A stretch of DNA of 62,960 bases, counting the filler, from Guillardia theta CCMP2712 (lineage: Eukaryota; Protista; Cryptophyta): NCBI RefSeq assembly GCF_000315625.1. It is 4 parts of 4 records of this genome, joined end to end, with 100 filler letters (N's around TTAATTAATTAA, not from the genome) between each part and the next. Parts side by side here need not be neighbours in the genome. Positions count along the whole stretch, not along the records: positions 1 to 25,311 come from NW_005434393.1; 3 more parts are not named here. One strand, 5' to 3'. The notes under the pieces are model-generated. The model did no database searches and had not been told where the DNA came from. It saw nothing but the letters and a program-made list of their open reading frames with translations. Positions 1-10,708 of this stretch are shown here, piece by piece (position 1 is the stretch's first letter; every line of letters begins with the position of its first letter). Both the position numbers and the translations under genes were made by a program.

Positions 1-67
1 GGAAAGCATTGCCGCACTGCCGTGCTAGATCGTCGGCAGTGCCGCGAGTGGGCACTCGCCGCATCCA

Positions 68-492
68 TGCAGGAAAACATTCAGTGCTTCGCCTTTTCAA
101 ACCACCTCAACCCTCCGCACGGCAGCACACAATCTCAGCAAGTACAGGTTACCTTCCGTATCCAACCGCATAGGCAAAGATGCATCAAAGTCTGCAAGCT
201 TGCACTGATTGAGGTACAAAGAGCGCTGCAAATCATCTACTAACTGGGTCTGATTCTTGGTTTGCGCATCAACTAGCTTCGCCTCCGCGACCTCGACCTC
301 CCCTCTCAGCTTCGCCTTCGCGACCTCGACCTCCCCTCTCAGCTTCGCCTTCGCGACCTCGACCTCCTCTCTCAGCTCCGCCTTCGCGACCTCGACCTCC
401 TCTCTCAGCTTCCTCGTCCTCTACCTTGCTGCCGCGATCTCCCTCTCGTCCCCAGCCTTGTTCGCTGCCCCCAGCTTCGCTTCCACGACCTG
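68..492 (-). pseudogene. Inverted fragment of the Crinkler-like gene header exon plus intron
   Basis: Reverse complement closely matches ~4340-4690 (EAKLGAANKAGDERE repeats, DAQTKNQTQLVDDLQRSLYLNQCKL, and the 86-nt intron). It has an internal stop/frameshift and the intron acceptor AG is lost. Confidence 0.8.
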
Positions 493-613
493 AGATTGGA
501 GATCATGATGAGGAGCGGTAAGGGAATAGGTCGTAGATGTTCTAAGTGAGGTCAAGGTAATATTGGGTACGGTCGGACCCCAATTGGCCACGAGGATATC
601 GGTGCGAGAGGCT

Positions 614-2404
614 ATGGCGCCGGCAAAAACGAGGGATAACAAAGAGGGAGGAGGCGGGGGAGCGAGAGACAGGGAGGACATGGCGGCAGGGGGCGAAGGA
701 CACGATACAGGCAAGTCGGCAGGCAAGCACGGCAGGGCAAACGAGCACAACCATGGCGATGAGAAGGTAAGTTAGGTCGCCCCCCAAAGCTCGTTGCTTG
801 CCATGCTCATTTTGCCGACTTCCATCTTCTCCTTTTCCTGCTCTTGTTGATGTCCAACTTGATGTGCAATGATGAGAACGTGCTATCATCTCCCGTCCTT
901 GAACGTAGCTACTTGTTTCATTTGGCACACTCCTCGGCATGAGCCCCCCACCTCTCCCTATGGTTGAGCCAGCAGCTGCTGCCTTACCTCACGCGTGCTC
1001 GCAGGACTTCGTCTTGGTCGATGTGTTCTCGCAAGTCGTCAAGGTTCCCATCAGGGCAGACACTTCGGTCTCAGACGTGTGCGACCACCTCGCATCGCTA
1101 TACCCAGAGCTCACCCCTGAGCACCTGTACACTTGTGACGGCTGCGAGTTGATGATGGAGGACTTGCTGTGCAATGTGTGTGTAGCAGGAGAACACCTGC
1201 TGCTGGCGTTGGGAGCAACCGACGATGAGAGGAAACGGTCTACTGTGCTGAGCTCCCTCGGAATCTTCCATGGGGTTCCCAGGACTGCGTTTCAGCCGAT
1301 GCCAGCGAGAGTGACGTCGTCGTCCTCATGTTCCCTCCTGACAGGTCAGTGTATCCTCAACCCGAGGATAGCCTCCTCCTTGAAGAAGCTCTACATAGCA
1401 GTGGAGGGAGAGTGCCATTCAAGCCTGACTTACGGGTTGAGGGCTGACTCTGCCCAGAAGCCGCGCGTTCTGACGAGTGTGTGTGTGGACACGTCGAGCT
1501 TGAAGCATCTTGTCGTGGTCGGAGGAAAGTCAAACTTGAATAGCGTCGGGGACCTCGTCCGATGGGTGAGGGCGAGGATGGGAGGTATCCCTTCCTGGGT
1601 TCGCTTGCATGCGTACGTCTTCTCCAACCTAGGGAGTGATGTTCGCGAGGACGAGAGTGAGAAGGATTGGTTCGAGGAGCTGGATGACAGGTGAAGGAGT
1701 TGTTCTCGTCTTCATCACCTGGTGTTCTGCTGCCAGCACTGCCATCCCGGTGCTGTCCAAGAACGAGAATCTTCTCATCAGTACAGAGGTTACGCCAGGT
1801 TCAAGGACAACATTAGCGACCTGATGCGAACTGACGTGAAATTGTTGATGTCAGTTGTGTTATCGAAGAAGGATTCATTGGTGTGGAAGACAACTCACGA
1901 CGGAGGTCAGGCGATGTACGGAAAGAAGGCCCTTGCCTTCGATCCCTTGAGGTTGGACGATTTCAGCTGCCTCGTCGAGAGCCTGGTACCGATCCCACGA
2001 CCTCTTGTCCGATGTTGGGGTAAACTGTCACCACAGGCCGACTCCTTCAATTTTTTACACAAGATGCAGCTGTGTGCTACGGAGGTAGCAGGGGTGGGGA
2101 CATTTCTCAACGGGGAGGTTCGTTTCAATGGTATCCCAGTGGAAATTCCGTCCTTGCAGGATCTGAGGATCACGTTGCGGATCACCTCGCGCTCCGAGTC
2201 AGCGCACAACGGGGGGAAGAGCCTTGTACTGAGGCCTTACTTTGGGGACGAGAGTGTCTGGTGTCACCTCCCCCCTCACGGCCACGTCCTTCCCTTCTTC
2301 TTCACCGCTGGGCCTAACATGATCTTCACTCCGTGCTTGGAAACGGTCCTGCCTGCCTGCCAGCCTGCCTGCCTGCCTACCTGCCTGTCATTCTCTTCTT
2401 CCTC

Positions 2405-2440
<36 letters not shown>

Positions 2441-2685
2441 GTTGTCGTTGCGTTTTCTCAGCATTCCTTGATTGTATAAAGTCCCTGCTCGTTATGTGTG
2501 CGCTGGAGAAGCTTTCTCTTTCATCTGACGTCAATCGCAGATTGACGTGCTCAGCTGGGCGACGTCTCCTCAGATCAAAGTACTTGTTGTTTTCCCACAA
2601 AAATGTTCTTCTCACTGCTGTATCAGTCTTTCTCGAAGGACGATCTCATCATTCTCATTTCGAGAATATCAGCGCCCAGGTATGA
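614..2685 (+). CDS. Ubiquitin-like-domain protein, copy A (multi-exon, lacks the kinase exons of copy C)
   Basis: ATG at 614. Phase-0 intron 767-1004 joins in frame to DFVLVDVFSQVVKVPIRADTSVSDVCDHL...HLYTCDGCELMMEDLL...EHLLLAL, a beta-grasp-like pattern. Further introns at 1691-1736, ~1799-1854 and one filled with GCCT/GT repeats. Confidence 0.6.
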
Positions 2686-2929
2686 CAACAACAAACCTTC
2701 CTCTATCCGACTACAAACGCACCTACAAGTACGGTACTATCATGTCGGAGAAGCGTAATCTACCCGCTCCTTCTATGTAAATTCTCTCTCAGCATACTTC
2801 ACTACTTCACTTGACTGATCGCTCAGTCGCTTTCACTGTCCGAGGCTGCTGTTGAGAGTCCGTCCGCGATCCATTGACTGTAGCTCGGGGGACTATCACA
2901 CGTGGGAGAAGCCTCGGATCGGATCTAGT

Positions 2930-3160
2930 ATCGTCATGCCGACTAACTTGCCATGAACTTTCAGCTTTCGGGCCCGTGACTTGGAGTAAACTTGCCTCGA
3001 GAATCCGGGCCGGGCCCCGGCCGACCGTCCGACCGCCGACCGGGTCACCGTCGGGGCGGCCGGGCCGCGCCGGTCACTGGGGCCCGGGGGGGCCGGTTTA
3101 CAAGCCGCGCCCGAGGCTCTATAGAGGGGGTGTACTTTCAAATCGGACCGCGTCCACGTG
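2930..3160. promoter_or_regulatory. GC/CCGG-rich block upstream of Crinkler-like gene copy 1
   Basis: Dense CCGG/GGCC sequence ~90 nt upstream of ATG 3247, repeated at ~10375-10620. A promoter role is inferred from position only. Confidence 0.35.
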
Positions 3161-3246
3161 AAATTGAGAGCGGGCATTTCAAATAGAACCTCCAATCCTC
3201 CTGCTCCGCTCCAAATCCCCTCGAAATCAAGCGCCATTCGAGCAGC

Positions 3247-6200
3247 ATGTCAGGCAACAGATCCAAGCGAAGGCGCGATGCCGAGATGCACGAGAGCAGA
3301 CCCTCAAGGCAAAGGACGCGTCAAGGACATGTCCAGGATCTACATACCCCACCTGAAGAGGAAGCGGTGGAGCTGAACCCATGGAATGCTCGAGGGAACG
3401 AGAGGGAGATCGCCGCGACGGAGGTAACGGAGATGAGGAAGAGACTACAAGCAGCGCGAGAAAGCCGCGATGGAGAGAAGAAAGCCTTTGCAGAGATAGA
3501 TTTAGCGAAGGCGAAGCTGGGAGCAGCGAACAAGGCTGGGGACGAGAGGGTGATCGCGGCAGCAAAAGTCGAGGTCGCGGAGGCGAAGCTGAGAGGAGAG
3601 GTCGAGGTCGCGGAGGCGAAACTGGGAGAAGCGAACAAGGCTGGGGACGAGAGGAAGATCGCGGCGGCGAAAGTCAAGGTCGCGGAGGCGAAGCTGAGAG
3701 GGGAGGTCGAGGTCGCGGAGGCGAAGCTGAGAGAGGAGGTCGAGGCTGGGGACGAGAGGGTGATCGCGGCGGCGAAAGTCAAGGTCGCGGAGGCGAAGCA
3801 GAGAGGGGAGGTCGAGGCTGGGGACGAGAGGGAGATCGCGGCGGCGAAAGTCAAGGTCGCGGAGGCGAAGCAGAGAGGGGAGGTCGAGGTCGCGGAGGCG
3901 AAGCAGAGAGGGGAGGTCGAGGTCGCGGAGGCGAAGCAGAGAGGGGAGGTCGAGGTCGCGAAGGCGAAGCTGGTAGCAGCGAACAAGGCTGGGGACGAGA
4001 GGAAGATCGAGGCGGCGATAGTCGAGACGAGAGGAAGATCGCGGCGGCGAAAGTCAAGGTCGCGGAGGCGAAGCAGAGAGGGGAGGTCGAGGTCGCGGAG
4101 GCGAAGCTGAGAGAGGAGGTCGAGGTCGCGAAGGCGAAGCAGAGAGGGGAGGTCGAGGTCGCGGAGGCGAAGCTGGGAGCAGCGAACAAGGCTGGGGACG
4201 AGAGGAAGATCGCGGCGGCGAAAGTCAAGGTCGCGGAGGCGAAGCAGAGAGGGGAGGTCGAGGTCGCGGAGGCGAAGCAGAGAGGGGAGGTCGAGGTCGC
4301 GGAGGCGAAGCAGAGAGGGGAGGTCGAGGTCGCGAAGGCGAAGCTGGGAGCAGCGAACAAGGCTGGGGACGAGAGGGAGATCGAGGCGGCGATAGTCGAG
4401 GTCGCGAAGGCGGAGCTGAGAGGGGAGGTCAAGGTCACGAAGGCGAAGCTGAGAGGGGAGGTCGAGGTCGCGGAGGCGAAGCTGGTTGATGCGCAAACCA
4501 AGAATCAGACCCAGTTAGTAGATGATTTGCAGCGCTCTTTGTACCTCAATCAGTGCAAGCTTGCAGACTTTGATGCATCGTTGCCTATGCGGTTGGATAC
4601 GGAAGGTAACCTGTACTTGCTGAGATTGTGTGCTGCCGTGCGGAGGGTTGAGGTGGTTTGAAAAGGCGAAGCGCTGAATGTTTTCCTGCAGTGTTGCATG
4701 CGGTGTCTCTCAAGTATCGCATTGCGCTGGGAGAGGTCGTTGACACGCTGAAGAGACACCTAGGCGGAGTGCTGGGATCAAGAACGGGAGCATTCAGCCA
4801 AAGGAACCCCATCGACAAAGTAGTAGCAGAAGCGGGAAGAAAAGCCGGGATTGTTACTTGTATGATCGAGGCATGCTCGGGGAGCGGGAAATCGCTGAGT
4901 GCTGTAGACTACTTCGTACGAAATCCAAAGACATCGCTTTATTGCTTGTTCGGATACATCCAGGAACAGGATTTATATCTGATTGTACGAGGCATCTCGC
5001 ACATGATCAATGCAGCCATCGATCTTGATCTCCAGGCGTGTGATCGCAGGATCGATTACCTTGACCCAACAAAATGCGAGCAGGAAGTCTTGACGATCGA
5101 CCTGCACGCGTACAGCTGGAACTTGCTTGGTGTTGTGGGATACCTGTTTGGCAAGACGACGGGCCCAGGAAAGGTGCGCGTGGAGGAAGCAAAGCTGTGG
5201 ACAGAGAAGGAGCACCTGTGGGTGTTGGTCGATGAAGCAATCCCGAGGTATCAAGGTATGCCCTGCCGCACTAACGCCTTATGGAGGCTGTTGTTCCTCA
5301 AGAGGATGCTTCGTAATGCAGGCTTTCATTGCATCATGCTGGGTACCAACACTCTGGTGATGAATTTCAACAATGCTTTACAGCAGACGAGAAATAGCCG
5401 AGGCAAGAACCAAGAGACTATCAAGTGCATCACCCATCGAGCTCTTCCTCCGATGATCCTTCAGTCTGATGAGCAGCGCGATATCCTGAAGCAGGTGTTT
5501 GGGGAAGAGATGATTGAGGGGTTGCTCGACAATGTCAACCCCATGCTCTGCCACCTATTCTTCAAGTATTGGAGAGGTGGACAAGGGAAAGATAGCGCGA
5601 CCTTGTTTCGAGATCTAGCAAATCCACTGTTGGCCATAGTACGAGGTGACAAGAAAAGCCTCAAGGACTCATCGTTGTACTGTATGTTTCAGATAGCAAC
5701 GCACGAAAGCATGTGCCAGGCGCACATCTTGCAAGGCTTTGGTGTCCTCAATGCTTGGCCGATGAGCCAAGTCCCTGCACGCGGCAGCTCGGAGTCAATC
5801 GTTGAGCTTAAACGGACCGACAATCAGATTGAGATGAATGGGATCGAACTCAACGACTTAACTAGCAAGTTCCCGCCAAGCTGGGTAGACCCCATCACCG
5901 TCGCGATCTGTGCTGGCGGGGGGAGACCTTTCGGGAACAACTCGAGCCTTGAGGTGTTGAGGAGGATCCACCGAGACGCTCTCAAGCCCATGGATGATCC
6001 AACAGCAGTAGATGCGCTGCGCCGAGACGGGAACCTGCTGGAGTCGTTTGGAGGAGTCGTGGTGATGTTGACGAGCTGGGCCGATCCTGAGGACATTCTT
6101 TCAACCCTCAGCCATCATTGCGGAAGGGAAGTGAGAGGCAAAGTGAAGGAGGTGCTTGGTTGCGTGAAGGATGAAGCATCAGCACGGGAGTTCCGCAAAG

Positions 6201-6712
6201 TCTTGACTCAGTGCTTCTGTAATCTGATCCCCTTGCGGGACGGTGACGATGAGATGCCTGACCATAAAGCTTTCGGGTACTACATTCGATGCAAGGACAA
6301 GCGGAGACGGGACGGAGAGTTTGTGGGCCCCGTCCACGGTCCTGATGGCCAAAGCAGCATGAGGGGAGCAGCGGAGTTTAAGAACCGGAGAAAGCCTCTT
6401 GGTCAATCGCAGCTCACGAAGTTTGTGAAGAAACTAGCCAACGACAATCACAACCTCCTGTTGTTCATGGCTCCGGCGCTAGGAGAGTTCAAGGCTGAGA
6501 ACATCCTACCGACAGATGGAGATGCCACGTGGTTGGTTCTGCATTGGACGATGGACACAACGAAATACTCAGGATGGCACACTGAGGTGTTAGGCGGAAA
6601 GGCGAAGTGCAAAAGTCATAGGATACTGATCCTTATGGAGATCGGGCTGTCAACGAAACCTTTTAGTGAACCGTCGATGCAGCAAGACGAGATGGATGAC
6701 GAGGACCCGTGA
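3247..6712 (+). pseudogene. Crinkler/RHS-like NTPase-nuclease gene, copy 1 (frameshift in repeat header)
   Basis: Header of EVEVAEAKLRG-type repeats is split between ORFs 3247..4110 and 3381..4661, with the shift near 4025. Intron 4606-4691 joins in frame to an exon with Walker A ACSGSGKS, Walker B LWVLVDEA, CIMLGTN and C-terminal RDG...AAEFKN. Confidence 0.7.
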
Positions 6713-6895
6713 AGATGGGTTGAGGACCCGTGAAGATGGATGACGAGGACCCGTGAAGATGGATGACGAGGACCCGTGAAGATGGATGACGAGGACCCGT
6801 GAAGGTGGATGACGAGGACCCGTGAAGATGGATGACGAGGACCCGTGAAGATGGATGACGAGGACCCGTGAAGATGGATGACGAGGACCCGTGAA
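6690..6895 (+). repeat. 23-bp minisatellite (AGATGGATGACGAGGACCCGTGA), 9 units
   Basis: Head-to-tail repeats with no spacers. The first unit encodes the protein end MDDEDP*. Confidence 0.95.
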
Positions 6896-7821
6896 GCAAC
6901 CGGGAGATGATCGCTCAGAGACGCAGACCAATGAGGGATGCTGGACTCGGTAGAGGAGAACCAGAGACCGAGAAAAGATGACGAAGCGACGAAGAGGACG
7001 TGAGAGCTTTGTTTGTGCTGGTCTTGTCTCATAAGGAAGCTCGCAAGCCTGGACCATAGTAGGGTGAGAAGTCTACTGCTTGCCGCAGCCCGGGTAAGGG
7101 CGAGGATGCCAACACGCTCTTGCCATGGTAGACTCTGAAGCAAGGCGATTGGTGGGAGCTAGAACGGCCGGGGGAGGGAGGGGTACCTTGTTGTAACTTG
7201 AATACCAGCATTAAAAGTGTGTCTACAATAAACAGCCCTCTGTTCCCAACGTGGTGTAATGTTCTCTCTCTGGCAGCCGCAGTCGAGCCGCAGTCAAGCA
7301 CAATATCGTCCTGCCACGAATGTGGGATGCCTATCTCGCCATCACTTCTCGGAGCTTGCATCTTCAGGGCGCGATAAGGGTTCAGAGACCGCCGTGGATC
7401 CAGGCGGCTTTGCTGCCCTCGGGGAAAATCACATCCCTCCGATGAGCCACCAGATGCGATGCCGAGCTGACCTGTCTCGCACCGAGTCCCATGGATCTCA
7501 CTGCATCGCACGTCGCTTGCAACCACGAGAGTCTCCTTTGAGCCTGGCAAGCGCATGCCTGCTCTTGCTCCATCCCCGTCTGAAGCTTCAGGAGCGCGTG
7601 CGACATCGTCAGTGCCGCTGGAGCCAGTTCAAGTACCCACACAGGTGTGGAGCGTGTCGCTGCATCTACACACCAAGAGCCAAGATGATGCATAAGGCTC
7701 CACACACAAAGACCAGAGCAACCGCCACGCAGCGATCACGCATGCGCACCTGCTTGATGTGGCGCCCTCAGCGAGGCTCACGAGTCGCCATGGCCCGCCA
7801 TTGAAATATGGCTAGGGTACT

Positions 7822-7922
7822 GCATCAACCAGCTTCGCCTTCGCGACCTCTACCTCCGTCAACGTGATCTCCCCCTCGTTCCCAGCCTTGTTCGCTGCTC
7901 GCTACTTCGCTTCCACGACCTG
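7822..7922 (-). repeat. Degenerate inverted fragment of the Crinkler-like header repeat
   Basis: gcatcaaccagcttcgccttcgcgacctc...cccagccttgttcgctgct is the reverse complement of the header repeat. It recurs at ~15082-15182. Confidence 0.7.
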
Positions 7923-8053
7923 GAGTCCGCAGATATTGGAGACCATGACCAGGAGCGGTAAGGGAATAGGTCGGAGATGTTTCAATTGAGGTTAAGGTAA
8001 TATTGGGTACGGTCGGACCCCAATTGGCCACGAGGATATCGGTGCGAGAGGCT

Positions 8054-9890
8054 ATGGCGCCGGCAAAAACGAGGGATAACACAGAGGGAGGAGGCGGGGG
8101 AGCGAGAGACAGGGAGGACATGGCGGCAGAGGGCGAAGGACACGATGCAGGCAAGTTGGCAGGCAAGCATGGCAGGGCAAATGACCACAACCATGGCGAT
8201 GAGAAGGTAAGCTAGGTTCCCCCCTGAAGCTCGTGACTTGCCCTGCTCCATTTGCCGGCTTCCATAATCTCCTCTTCTCGCTCTAGTTGACATCAAACTT
8301 GATGTGCAATGCTGGGAACGTACTATCATCTCCCGTCCTTGAGCGTACTATCATCTCCCGTCCTTGAACCTCATCTCCCGTCATTGAACGTGGCTACTTG
8401 TTTCATTTGGCACACTCCTCGGCATGAGCCCCCACCCCTCCCCATGGCTGAGCCAGCAGTAGCTGCCTGATCTCACACGTGCTCGCAGGACTTCGTCTTG
8501 GTTGATGTGTTCTCGCAAGTCGTCAAGGTTCCCATCAGGGCAGACACTTCGGTCACAGACGTCTGCGACCACCTCGCATCGCTATACCCAGAGCTCACCC
8601 CAGAGCACCTGTACACTTGTGACGGCTGCGAGTTGATGATGGAGGACTTGCTGTGCGATGTGTGTGTAGCAGGAGAACACCTTCTGCTGGCGTTGGGAGC
8701 AACCGACGATGAGAGGAAAAAGTCTACTGTGCTGAGCTCCCTCGGAATCTTCCATGGGGTTCCCAGGACTGCGTTCCAGCCGATGCCAGCGAGAGTGACG
8801 TCGTCGTCCTCATGTTCCCTCCTGACGGGTCAGTGTATCCTCAACCCGAGGATAGCCTCCTCCTTGAAGAAGCTCTACATAGCAGTAGAGGGAGAGTGCC
8901 ATTCAAGCCTGACTTACGGGTTGAGGGCTGACTCTGCCCAGAAGCCGCGCGTTCTGACGAGTGTGTGTGTGGACACGTCGAGCTTGAAGCATCTTGTCGT
9001 GGTCGGAGGAAAGTCAAACTTGAAGAGCGTCGGGGACCTCGTCCGATGGGTGAGGGCGAGGATGGGAGGTATCCCTTCCTGGGTTCGCTTGCATGCGTAC
9101 GTCTTCTCCAACCTAGGGAGTGATGTTCGCGAGGACGAGAGTGAGAAGGATTGGTTCGAGGAGCTGGATGACAGGTGAAGGAGTTGTTCTCGTCTTCAAC
9201 CCCCTGATGTTCTGCTGCCAGCACTGCCATCCCGGTGCTGTCCAAGAACGAGAACCTTCTCATCAGTACAAAGGTCACGCCAGGTTCAAGGACAACACGA
9301 GCAACCTGATGCGAACTGACGTGGATTGTTGATATTAGTTGTGTTATCGAAGAAAGATTCACTAGTGTGGAAGACAACTCACGACGGAGGTCAGGCGATT
9401 TACGGAAAGAAGGCCCTGGCCTTCGATCCCTTGAGGTTGGACGATTTCAGTTGCCTCATTGAGAGCCTGGTACCGACCTCACGACCTCTTGTCCGATGTT
9501 GGGGTAAACTGTCACCACAGGCCGACTCCTTCAATTTTTTACACAAGATGCAGCTGTGTGCTACGGAGGTAGCAGGGGTGGGGACATTTCTCAACGGGGA
9601 GGTTCGTTTCAATGGTATCCCAGTGGAAATTCCGTCCTTGCAGGATCTGAGGATCACGTTGCGGATCACCTCGCGCTCCGAGTCAGCGCACAACGGGGGG
9701 AAGAGCCTTGTACTGAGGCCTTACTTTGGGGACGAGAGTGTCTGGTGTCACCTCCCCCCTCACGGCCACGTCCTTCCCTTCTTCTTCACCGCTGGGCCTA
9801 ACATGATCTTCACTCCGTGCTTGGAAACGGTCCTGCCTGCCTGCCAGCCTGCCTGCCTGCCTACCTGCCTGTCATTCTCTTCTTCCTCCC

Positions 9891-9921
<31 letters not shown>

Positions 9922-10167
9922 CGTTGTCGTTGCGTTTTCTCAGCATTCCTTGATTGTATAAAGTCCCTGCTCGTTATGTGTGCGCTGGAGAAGCTTTCTC
10001 TTTCATCTGACGTCAATCGCAGATTGACGTGCTCAGCTGGGCGACGTCTCCTCAGATCAAAGTACTTGTTGTTTTCCCACAAAAATGTTCTTCTCACTGC
10101 TGTATCAGTCTTTCTCGAAGGACGATCTCATCATTCTCATTTCGAGAATATCAGCGCCCAGGTATGA
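8054..10167 (+). CDS. Ubiquitin-like-domain protein, copy B (hybrid of copies C and A)
   Basis: Same exon layout as copy A; ORFs 8498..9178 and 9326..9961 are near-identical to it. Confidence 0.6.
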
Positions 10168-10708
10168 CAACAACAAACCTTCCTCTATCCGACTACAAAC
10201 GCACCTACAAGTACGGTACTATCATGTCGGAGAAGCGTAATCTACCCGCTCCTTCTATGTAAATTCTCTCTCAGCATACTTCACTCAGTCGCTTTGACTG
10301 TCCGAGGCTGCTGTTGAGAGTCCGTCCGCGATCCATTGCCACCGTAGCTCGGGGACTATCACGCGTGGGAGAAGCCTCGGATCGGATCTAGTATCGTCAT
10401 GCCGACTAACTTGCCATGAACTTTCAGCTTTCGGGCCCGTGACTTGGAGTAAACTTGCCTCGAGAATCCGGGCCGGGCCCCGGCCGACCGTCCGACCGCC
10501 GACCGGGTCACCGTCGGGGCGGCCGGGCCGCGCCGGTCACTGGGGCCCGGGGGGGCCGGTTTACAAGCCGCGCCCGAGGCTCTATAGAGGGGGTGTACTT
10601 TCAAATCGGACCCCTCCACGTGAAATTGAGAGCAGGCATTTCAAATAGAACCTCCAATCCTCCTGCTCCGCTCCAAATCCCCTCGAAATCAAGCGCCATT
10701 CGAGCAGC

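Noticed and set aside
3321-4501. Long minus-strand ORFs (LRLRDLDL and FASATSTSPL repeats)
   Set aside because: Antisense shadows of the stop-poor header repeat.
6690-6895. CRISPR-like array (also 47201-47510 and 60821-61093)
   Set aside because: Units are head-to-tail with no unique spacers, there are no cas genes, and the context is eukaryotic.
430-10190. Flanking direct repeats as LTRs of a retroelement
   Set aside because: The repeats are intron-containing genes, and there is no RT, integrase, PBS/PPT or TG...CA terminus.
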